From Microcoleus sp. (GTDB lineage: Bacteria; Cyanobacteriota; Cyanobacteriia; Cyanobacteriales; Microcoleaceae), in NCBI GenBank assembly GCA_052279835.1, contig CP181291.1, positions 1,632,001-1,696,000 on the forward strand: 64,000 nucleotides of DNA, written 5' to 3'. How positions within the stretch are numbered: position 1 is the stretch's first letter; each line of letters opens with the position of its first letter. Both the position numbers and the translations under genes were made by a program. The notes beneath the pieces were generated by a model that searched no databases, had not been told where the DNA came from, and was given only the letters and a program-made list of their open reading frames with translations. This document shows positions 9,968 to 19,529 of this stretch, in pieces.

Positions 9968-11446
9968 TTGGAATACACAAAATCAGAACCACAAAACACA
10001 GTAAAAAACGAAAAAATGTTTCCTGTAGCTGCGGTTGCGAAACGCGCTGATGCCCTAGATGCAATGCGAGGCATCGCAGTTTTAGCAATGGTTTTATCAG
10101 GGACCATAGCCCGCAAAACATTACCCGCATGGATGTATCACGCCCAAGAACCGCCACCCATCCATACCTTCAATCCTCAAGTAGCTGGACTAACTTGGGT
10201 AGATTTAGTTTTCCCCTTTTTTCTGTTTGCAATGGGGGCCGCTATACCACTTGCTTTATCTCGCCGCATTGCCAAAGGAGGGAGTATAAATAAAGTGATT
10301 AGTTCTCTTTTACAAAGAGGATTTCTACTAGGTTCATTTGCGATATTCCTGCAACATATTCGACCCACTGTCATCGACCCCAACGAACCCGGTCCACAAA
10401 AATGGTGGTTAGGCCTCTGTGGATTTTTAATCCTATTTTTTATGTTTCTTCGCTGGCCAACTAAGAAGTTTTCCTGGTTGCAAAAAGTCATAACCGTTGC
10501 TGCTTGGAGTGCTGGATTTTTATTTGTATCTCGGATCAAATATCCCAACGGAATTGGGTTTGATTTCAACCGTAGCGATATTATCTTAGTTGTGCTGGCA
10601 AATATGGCCGTTTTTGGATCGGTAATTTGGCTTTTTACTCGTTCAAATACCTGGTTGCGAGTGGGATTATTAGGATTGTTGTTAGCCCTACGACTATCTG
10701 CCCAAACTGATGGTTGGATTAAGTCAATTTGGCTGTATTCTCCTGCACCTTGGATTTTTCAATTTGATTATTTGAAGTATTTGTTTGTTGTGATTCCCGG
10801 TACTATTGTCGGGGATTTGCTATGTCGCTGGATAGAATATCATTCGCCAGAAGATACTAACTATTCTCACTGGAAAAATCGGCGATATTTCTGGATCATG
10901 GTTTTGATGTTTACGATTAATTTAGTGTTGCTAGTGGGATTACAAGCTAGATGGGTGTGGCAGACTAATTTAGTAGTTTTTGTGCTGTGTTTGTCTGGTT
11001 TAGTTTTTTTGCAAAAACCAGGAAATGTCACGGAAAATTTATTAAATCGCCTTTACGAATGGGGTTTTTATTGGCTAGTTTTGGGTTTACTATTTGAGCC
11101 TTATCAAGGTGGCATCAAGAAAGATTCAGCGACAATGAGTTACTTTTTTGTAACGACTGGAATGGCAATTTTTATGTTGATTGGCTTGACAATAATTATC
11201 GATGTGTTTCACCATAAACGCTGGTTGCAGCTATTTATTGACAATGGGGTGAATCCGATGATTGGTTATGTGGGATTTGCGAATATTGTGTGGCCAATTC
11301 TGGTGTTAAATAACTGGGAACCTGTGATTGTTGAGATGACGGCAACCGATCCATTTATGGGTTTTTTGAGGGGATTTGGGTATACGGCAATTGTGGCGGT
11401 AATAGTGATGGTGTTTACGAGGTTTAAATTGTTTTTGAGAACGTGA
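9968..11446 (+). CDS. DUF5009 / HGSNAT-like membrane acyltransferase
   Basis: RADALDAMRG, WMYHAQ, GLTWVDLVFPFFLFAMGAAIP, IKKDSATMSY, GVNPM. Confidence 0.8.
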   Translation: MEYTKSEPQNTVKNEKMFPVAAVAKRADALDAMRGIAVLAMVLSGTIARKTLPAWMYHAQEPPPIHTFNPQVAGLTWVDLVFPFFLFAMGAAIPLALSRRIAKGGSINKVISSLLQRGFLLGSFAIFLQHIRPTVIDPNEPGPQKWWLGLCGFLILFFMFLRWPTKKFSWLQKVITVAAWSAGFLFVSRIKYPNGIGFDFNRSDIILVVLANMAVFGSVIWLFTRSNTWLRVGLLGLLLALRLSAQTDGWIKSIWLYSPAPWIFQFDYLKYLFVVIPGTIVGDLLCRWIEYHSPEDTNYSHWKNRRYFWIMVLMFTINLVLLVGLQARWVWQTNLVVFVLCLSGLVFLQKPGNVTENLLNRLYEWGFYWLVLGLLFEPYQGGIKKDSATMSYFFVTTGMAIFMLIGLTIIIDVFHHKRWLQLFIDNGVNPMIGYVGFANIVWPILVLNNWEPVIVEMTATDPFMGFLRGFGYTAIVAVIVMVFTRFKLFLRT

Positions 11447-11540
11447 GATAATTAAAGGGCAAGTTTATCTTCAGGTATTGTATGGGAATTATTTAACCGC
11501 AGAGAACACAGAGGACACAGAGGGAGAGAATCGGACTCCG

Positions 11541-11632
11541 ACAGAGAAACCGGGTTTTTTACTGAATCTGCGAGTAAAAACGGAGTATTTTTGTAAAAAA
11601 CCCGGTTTCTCAACCCCATGCGTAAGTCCTAG
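11541..11632. repeat. REP-like AGAAACCGGGTTTTT / AAAAACCCGGTTTCT inverted-repeat element ending TGCGTAAGTCCT
   Basis: Long inverted arms; further copies near 14760, 19380, 21793, 26538, 57855 and 61325. Confidence 0.8.
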
Positions 11633-12687
11633 GAAAGTGACTTTAAAATGCCACTTTCCAATTGATAAATTGCGGCCATGATTCCGGTTTCAGGATTTTT
11701 TAGGAGTGATATTTTGACATCTTTTAAGTAACTTAGAATGTGCTCCCGCAAAATGGGTCTTTCGACTTTCACTGTGTGATTGTAATCCCATAAATCCCAC
11801 ATGATAATCCCGATGCCGACAATCGGATCGATTAAACCTACTCCCAATTGGCTGGCAACTGTACCGCCTGTTTTTGTAGCCATCTTGGCTGCGGCTTTTG
11901 TGGCAACTTTTGCTGTAACTTTGCTGCCAATCTTGCTAGCAATCCCCAAGATTAATGGCTTGGCAACTAAATAACCGCTGCCACCCACTAATACTTTTAA
12001 TGATAAATTTGAGGGGTTTCCGTTATTGCTAATTGTGGTGGCAATATCATTGAGATATTTATCCCACTTTGCTTGAGGTATGTTATAATTACTTTGAACT
12101 ACTTTGACATTTTTACTGATTTCTGCGATATATAGATTAACGGTATCTTGAGTGATTAATTGAAACCGCATTTGAGAGTTTCTGGGAACCAAGACGCGGT
12201 TGGCAAATTCTCTTTGAAAGTCTTCGGTTAATTTTTCGGAAACAGCTTGAGAGGCTGCATTCATATCAAATTTGTTGAGTACGGCTGATTTGAGGAAGTT
12301 GAAAGGTACGGTAAACTCCATCTTTTTTTGATTGAAGTAATCGAAGTACCAATCGAGGAAACTGTTGTCAACTCGCGCAATTAGTTCTGTTTCCCATTTG
12401 TCCAATTCTTTTGAAGCGAAATTTTCGGCAGTTGTATGGGCGGTTTGGATGGCGTTTTTAATGTCTTGGTTGACTTTGCTAAAATCGTGGGGCGGGGAAA
12501 CTATGACTGCTGTGGTTGCAGTATTTGTTAAGGACTTGGAAATGATAAAATTACCTAACAGGGGAATAATTACTACCAAAATGACGATCGTCCAAATCAT
12601 CGGTGTTACAGTTTTGATAAACTGAGCGATCGCCTTGAGGCGCTCTGTTTTCTGTGAATAGGTAATTTTTTCCTTGTCTTGACTCAT
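11629..12687 (-). CDS. Hypothetical membrane protein (N-terminal TM, helical body, Gly/Ala/Lys-rich hydrophobic hairpin)
   Basis: 352-aa ORF with ATG start and plausible composition; no family recognised. Confidence 0.75.
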   Translation of the reverse strand: MSQDKEKITYSQKTERLKAIAQFIKTVTPMIWTIVILVVIIPLLGNFIISKSLTNTATTAVIVSPPHDFSKVNQDIKNAIQTAHTTAENFASKELDKWETELIARVDNSFLDWYFDYFNQKKMEFTVPFNFLKSAVLNKFDMNAASQAVSEKLTEDFQREFANRVLVPRNSQMRFQLITQDTVNLYIAEISKNVKVVQSNYNIPQAKWDKYLNDIATTISNNGNPSNLSLKVLVGGSGYLVAKPLILGIASKIGSKVTAKVATKAAAKMATKTGGTVASQLGVGLIDPIVGIGIIMWDLWDYNHTVKVERPILREHILSYLKDVKISLLKNPETGIMAAIYQLESGILKSLS

Positions 12688-12829
12688 GGTGATTCTGCAA
12701 ATGAGGAGAACTACTGGCTTGTTTCAATTATAGGTGGCGATTTGTGCGATCGTCTGAGATAATCTGGGACAGGTTGGAACAAACTGCGTAAAACGGACTT
12801 ATCCGAAAGGCGATCGCGATTTTATATTC

Positions 12830-13212
12830 TCAGGAATTTTCGCGTCGCGTAAAAATTATTTGCTCGTCAGGTTGTCGGAATTCAATGTTGAAGACAATGT
12901 GGATAATTCTATATCTCTATGCTTCAGTTTTACATAATAGTTGGGCTGCCAATCAGTGCGAGTAACTGCTCGAAAGCGAATCGGCAAAATCTGAACAGAA
13001 GCACAGTAGCGGGGAACTAAGTAAATCGCAAAGATTTCTTCTGAAGCTTCAGCTAATGCCAAAACTTCTTGCAAGTTTTCACTGTGAGCGATTAATCGCT
13101 CGGCATTGTGAGCAATATATTGATTGCGATATAAATCTAATAATGTCCGGCGGTTGCGAGTGAGCCATTTCAGCATTTCACGGCTTTCGCTTGGAGAGGG
13201 TGTTGTACTCAT
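12830..13212 (-). pseudogene. DUF5678-retropepsin-like protease gene with internal deletion
   Basis: N-terminal DUF5678-like part ends at HRDIELST; a different frame then gives VFNIEFRQPDEQIIFTRRENS-stop(12830-12832), resembling the usual C-terminus; the catalytic D(S/T)GA core is missing. Confidence 0.65.
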
Positions 13213-13422
13213 ATATTTTGCTGAATATAAAAATTAGTGTCATAAAAATGGCTGTCTAGTTTCGATTATAGGCGATCGTACTTGCGATCGTGTGTTAAAA
13301 GACGAAAGTTGCGGAAAAAGTCTATAAAGCGGAGCTATTCCCAGAAAAACACTCATTTTAAATTCTTGACTCTATAAAAATTAAAGTGGTAGTATCCTTG
13401 AATATACTTCAAGGTTTTAAAT

Positions 13423-14280
13423 ATGACCTTAGATCCTTTTGTCCGCAAGCTAGCTGCAATAAATCAAGCTTTATCTGCTCTTTCAGCAGAAAGCTGCACA
13501 ACACCGGGATGCAATCAACCAGTGTCAAAACCAGGTCACAAATTATGCTATGACCATTGGAAAGCTAACAATGTTAAACCTGTTCAAGCTGTGTCACCGC
13601 CCAAACCTAAACCTCAACAATTTTCTGCCCCTTCACTTCTCTCCGCTACCACTATCAGCGAAAAACTAGAAATATCAAAACACAAAGTCAACCCAATTTT
13701 AGCAGAGTTAGGATTGGTGAATAAAGAGGGTAACGGCTGGGTAGCAACTAAACGGGGGATGGGTTTTGGGGCAGTGCAAAAAAACCACCCTCAAGACAAT
13801 ACTCCTTATGTACTTTGGCCAGAATCTATACTGACAAATCAAGTTTTTCTGGCGACTATTGAGAGCCTTAAAGGTAACAATTCGGAACCTATAAAAACAG
13901 AAGTAAACACAAAGCTAGGGTTCCGCGAGAAGTTTCGGGCTAGCGCACAGCATCGGACAACCGATGGTCATTTTGTGCGGTCTAAAGCTGAAGTTTTGAT
14001 TGATAATTGGCTGTATATGGCGGAGCTAGTTCACGCCTATGAACGTCGCCTACCCATAGAGGAAGAAGCTTACTGTGACTTTTATATTCCTGGGGGGAAG
14101 GTGTATGTTGAATACTGGGGATATGAAAACGAGCCGGAGTATGCGGCGCGCAAGAAAGTGAAGCAAGAACTGTATCAGAAGTACGAACTAAATCTGATTG
14201 AGCTTAATGATGAACATATCAAGAATTTGGATGATTATTTGCCGAAAATGTTATTAAAATTTGGCATAATTGTAAGTTGA
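13423..14280 (+). CDS. Zn-finger + wHTH/KilA-C-like + PD-(D/E)XK nuclease-like protein
   Basis: C-x4-C-x10-C-x2-H; VNPILAELG...W..TKRG...G; DGHFVRSKAEVLIDNWLY, CDFYIP, YVEYWG. Confidence 0.7.
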   Translation: MTLDPFVRKLAAINQALSALSAESCTTPGCNQPVSKPGHKLCYDHWKANNVKPVQAVSPPKPKPQQFSAPSLLSATTISEKLEISKHKVNPILAELGLVNKEGNGWVATKRGMGFGAVQKNHPQDNTPYVLWPESILTNQVFLATIESLKGNNSEPIKTEVNTKLGFREKFRASAQHRTTDGHFVRSKAEVLIDNWLYMAELVHAYERRLPIEEEAYCDFYIPGGKVYVEYWGYENEPEYAARKKVKQELYQKYELNLIELNDEHIKNLDDYLPKMLLKFGIIVS

Positions 14281-14381
14281 TTTAAAAGTGCGATCGCACT
14301 TTGCATCGGCGTTCATCTGCGGTTGCTAAACAAATACCTTTAACCATCCCTCAAACTCGATCGCCCCAATCCGATTATCTT

Positions 14382-14735
14382 TTAGCCTGCTTTACTTAAC
14401 ACAACCAGAATGTACTGGTCAAGACTAACTCCTTCCCTTTCCGCTTTTTCTGCTAAACTCAAATGTAGAGATTTAGGAATCTGTAAAGATAGACTTCCGC
14501 TATACTCTATTTCCGTTGCAGGTAAAGGAATCTAATCTTCACACTCATAAGCAGTCTCTATCCACAATTCCCTAGCTTCCTCAATGTTCTCCATTGCTTC
14601 CGACAAAGTTTCTCCTACAGACATACAACCTGGAAGGTCTTTTATTATCGCTGTATAACCTTCAGATTCTGGATAAAAACTGATAGGATATTTAAGGCTC
14701 AAGTAATAATCTAGAGATTTAAGCTTGACTTTCAT
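14382..14735 (-). pseudogene. hicB: HicB-family antitoxin with in-frame TAG at 14532-14534
   Basis: YPISFYPE..GYTAIIKDLPGCMSVGET..EA; past the TAG the frame continues IPLPATEIEYSGSLSLQIPKSLHLSLAEKAEREGVSLDQYILVVLSKAG-stop (RHH domain). Confidence 0.85.
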
Positions 14736-14759
14736 CTTATGATAATAACTCCTAACATT

Positions 14760-14805
14760 CAGGACTTACGCAAAAACCCGGTTTCTGGGAGAAACCGGGT
14801 TTTTT
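14760..14805. repeat. REP-like palindrome, possible chlN terminator
   Basis: caggacttacgc-AAAAACCCGGTTTCT-ggg-AGAAACCGGGTTTTT, about 20 nt past the chlN stop. Confidence 0.75.
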
Positions 14806-14824
14806 AATTCAAGGCTAAAAACGA

Positions 14825-16234
<1,410 letters not shown>

Positions 16235-16498
16235 CTAAATCTTCTCCGTTTAAATTAATTGTTTTTTGTCGGGAACTGGAACTTACGCAAGAGAATACAA
16301 AATTTGAGCAAATAAGATCTGTGTGAGGGGGAAACTGCCCTCACAGCAGGCATTTAGTTTATCTAAACCCGTGAACGCAAAATACCTTTTGGTAGTTGTG
16401 AGTTTGAGCTGATTAAGAATTAATAACTCGAAACTCACAACCGCAAGATTCCTGAAGGAGAGGAGAGATTAGGAGAGATTTGGGCGATCGCCAAAACC

Positions 16499-17845
16499 TT
16501 ACTTAAAATCCGACAAAAAGCCCGAAATTTCTTCATCCTCGTCGTCGGAATCCAAATCACTCAGACCTAAAGCATCTAAATCATCTTCATCAGGGTCTCC
16601 GGTGGTCGCTTCCCCCAAATCATCAAGTCCCAGATCGTCGAGATCGTCATCATCAGATACAGAGAATTCGTCAATTCCATCTTCATCCAAGTCACCTAGA
16701 TCGAGTTCCAGGTCATTGGAGGTCGCGTCTCCAAAAGGGTCGGGTATCACTTCCGCCACAAAATCTTCATCTTCTTCTCCAAAGGGATCGGATATCTCTG
16801 TTTCGATATCCCCTGAAGTCAAAGTCCCAAATTCTGAGGCTTCATCTTCGTCGTCATCACCTAGGTCAAAAGCGCCCAAAGCCGAGGCTTCTTCATCTTC
16901 GTCATCATCACCTAAGTCCAGGCCCAAAGCTGAGGCTTCTTCATCCTCGTCATCATCCATGGCGAAGTCGGAGACAGCCTCTTCTTCGTCATCATCATCC
17001 ATGTCGAAGTCAGAGACAGCCTCTTCTTCGTCATCATCATCCATGTCGAAGTCGGAGACAGCCTCTTCTTCGTCATCATCCATGTCGAAATCGGAGACAG
17101 CCTCTTCTTCGTCATCATCATCCATGTCGAAGTCAGAGATTGCCTCTGCTTCGTCATCATCATCCATGTCGAAGTCAGAGACAGCCTCTTCTTCCTCATC
17201 ATCCATGTCGAAGTCAGAGATTGCCTCTGCTTCATCATCATCATCCATGTCGAAGTCGGAGACAGCCTCTTCTTCCTCATCCTCAAACCCATCCAAGGAT
17301 TCCTCATCAGAGGAACTAAGTGCTGACGCTACCGCGGCAGCACCGGCTACTCCAGCGACCAATCCTGCTCCCGCTAAGACCGCAGCGCCTAATGGATTAG
17401 ATTTGGTGGCTGCGGGGGCTGCTGGCTCAGGGGTGGCTGCCGGAGCAGCGGTGAGAGTTGCAGCGGCTGGGGTCGGAACGGCGGTCGGTGCTGTGACAGT
17501 TAGAGATTGACCAGCAGTAGGTTGAGCCGTAGGTTGAGCAATAAGTTGAACAGCATCTGAGGACATACCCAGAGCTAAGTCTGGGTCAAAATTTAGCCCC
17601 AGCACTTCGATGAGGCTGTCTGCATCCGGCTTGAGTTTTGAGAAGGGCAGCATTAATTGCTGGAGTTCCGGCTCCAGAGCAGCCGCAATTCCCAGGATGA
17701 GGTAAGAAACAGGCCTTTTCCCGCCGTCGGGTGTGGCGACCGTGTTGTCAGCCGTCATGTGCAGGAGCAGCCAAGCTCGATTTGCCTGGTAGTAGTCCAA
17801 CCACTTCTGTTTGAGAGCAACTGAAAAAGTATCAAAAAAAGCCAT
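16499..17845 (-). CDS. DUF5331 domain protein with very long acidic repeat tail
   Basis: N-terminal LKQKWLDYYQANRAWL...DGGKRPVSYLILG...LGLNFDPD; lies between chlL and chlN. Confidence 0.85.
   Translation of the reverse strand: MAFFDTFSVALKQKWLDYYQANRAWLLLHMTADNTVATPDGGKRPVSYLILGIAAALEPELQQLMLPFSKLKPDADSLIEVLGLNFDPDLALGMSSDAVQLIAQPTAQPTAGQSLTVTAPTAVPTPAAATLTAAPAATPEPAAPAATKSNPLGAAVLAGAGLVAGVAGAAAVASALSSSDEESLDGFEDEEEEAVSDFDMDDDDEAEAISDFDMDDEEEEAVSDFDMDDDDEAEAISDFDMDDDDEEEAVSDFDMDDDEEEAVSDFDMDDDDEEEAVSDFDMDDDDEEEAVSDFAMDDDEDEEASALGLDLGDDDEDEEASALGAFDLGDDDEDEASEFGTLTSGDIETEISDPFGEEDEDFVAEVIPDPFGDATSNDLELDLGDLDEDGIDEFSVSDDDDLDDLGLDDLGEATTGDPDEDDLDALGLSDLDSDDEDEEISGFLSDFK
16840..17280 (-). repeat. 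Coding tandem repeat of 39-42 nt units, (E)EEAVSDFDMDDDD x8, plus 2-3 ASALGxDLGDDD units
   Basis: Repeated tcatccatgtcgaagtcrgagacagcctcttc. Confidence 0.9.
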
Positions 17846-17879
17846 AACCTCTTTATCCTCATCCTGATCGCTAGACCTA

Positions 17880-18746
17880 TTAAACCATCATCAGGTTTAG
17901 CTCATCTTCCTCTTTCTTGACCACAGGTTGAACTGGATTTAGATAAAAATCTGACAGCAAGGAGAATAATTCGCGATCTGGCGTGTCATTGGGCACTACT
18001 CCTTCAGGTCTTGCCAAGATTTGATCGGCGATGTTGAGGTAGTAGTCGCAGACGTAGTTGAGGGATGGATCGTTCTCGGCCATTTCAAACAATGTTTTGC
18101 CTTTGACACGAGAAACGCGAATGTCTTCAATTAGGGGCAACACTTCCAGCACTGGCATGGGTACTGAGTCTATGTACTTGTCAATCAAGTCACGCTTGGA
18201 GGTGCGGTTGCCAATTAAACCAGCGAGTCGCAGGGGGTGAGTGCGGGCTTTTTCGCGGACTGAGGCGGCGATGCGGTTGGCGGCAAATAGGGCATCGAAT
18301 CCGTTATCGGTAACAATCATGCAGTAGTCAGCGTAGTTCAATGGGGCGGCAAAACCACCACACACGACGTCGCCCAGGACGTCAAACAGGATGATGTCGT
18401 ATTCGTCAAAGGCATTGAGTTCTTTGAGCAGTTTGACGGTTTCCCCGACGACGTAGCCACCACAACCAGCTCCTGCGGGTGGGCCGCCTGCTTCTACGCA
18501 GTCAACGCCGCCGTAGCCTTTGTAGATGACATCTTCAGGCCAAACGTCTTCGTAGTGGTAGTCCTTTTCCTGAAGGGTGTCAATAATTGTTGGGATCAGG
18601 AAGCCTGTCAGGGTAAATGTGCTGTCGTGCTTTGGATCGCAACCGATTTGCAAAACTTTTTTGCCACGTTTGGCTAAGGCAACGGAGATGTTGCAGCTTG
18701 TTGTCGATTTGCCAATTCCACCTTTTCCGTAAACTGCTAGTTTCAC
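17880..18746 (-). CDS. chlL: Light-independent protochlorophyllide reductase iron-sulfur ATP-binding protein
   Basis: [40 protein letters not shown]. Confidence 0.98.
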   Translation of the reverse strand: MKLAVYGKGGIGKSTTSCNISVALAKRGKKVLQIGCDPKHDSTFTLTGFLIPTIIDTLQEKDYHYEDVWPEDVIYKGYGGVDCVEAGGPPAGAGCGGYVVGETVKLLKELNAFDEYDIILFDVLGDVVCGGFAAPLNYADYCMIVTDNGFDALFAANRIAASVREKARTHPLRLAGLIGNRTSKRDLIDKYIDSVPMPVLEVLPLIEDIRVSRVKGKTLFEMAENDPSLNYVCDYYLNIADQILARPEGVVPNDTPDRELFSLLSDFYLNPVQPVVKKEEDELNLMMV

Positions 18747-19379
18747 TCTTTGTTCTCCTATAGGTTTCTCTGAAAACGATCGGGGTTTGGGGTTTCACGC
18801 ATTCATGTTGCGATCGCCCGGTGCGGCCATACCCAACTCCTGTGCCCTTAATGCAATGCCCCACTGCAATGCTTTTTTTGTCTCTTTCGGAGTCGGCTTT
18901 GTTATCTCTTTGAAAGCATTATTAGCTAACTTGCTGGGAAAAGAAAGGGGGCACAAAAATGAAAACGCTAGTAAATTAGTTCATTTTGCATCTTTGGGAA
19001 TCTTAGCTGGTTTTTCAATCTCACAGTCTATTTTTAGGTTTTTTTTAGATTTAAAAGCTATTTTATAGTATTACTTTTAAATAAATAGGTACAAAAATAA
19101 AACAAAAGTTTACTTATGAAACAATCTGGACTTTGAGCTTTGAGTCTGGGATACAGACAGTTGGGGACTTGTGCGGGGAATTACTGCGGGTAAAAAGCGA
19201 CTGATGGATGGGGCGAACTCGGAGTGAGTTCGACTAATGGGCTCTGGCGAGGTCAAATTCAAGTTAGCAGAAAGGGATTGCAGGTGATTTTGATGCGCTT
19301 TATGGGATTTTGTAAAATATTGTAAATTTTCAGGAATACTTGGCTGATGACGGTTGACATTCCTGGATGCAATCCGACT

Positions 19380-19470
19380 AAAGAAACAGGGTTTTTTACC
19401 GACTGTGCGGGATGCAACCTGTGTATTTTTGCTAAAAAACCCGGTTTCTCAGTCCCCATGCGTCCAGAAC
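19380..19470. repeat. REP-like AGAAACCGGGT inverted-repeat element
   Basis: aagaaacagggtttttta...taaaaaacccggtttct. Confidence 0.7.
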
Positions 19471-19529
19471 TATGTTGACTAATGTTATGGGTTATTAGCA
19501 GCCCCAAGGGAGTAACAAATAACCAATAA

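Noticed and set aside
16930..17280. Regular ~40-nt repeats as a possible CRISPR array
   Set aside because: No unique spacers, unit lengths are multiples of 3, the array lies inside a CDS, and there are no cas genes
16602..17510. 302-aa Ser-rich plus-strand ORF and 131-aa Met-rich minus-strand ORF
   Set aside because: Shadow frames of the acidic repeat in the DUF5331 gene
17880..18746. NifH-like ATPase as nitrogenase
   Set aside because: Sequence and linkage to chlN identify it as ChlL
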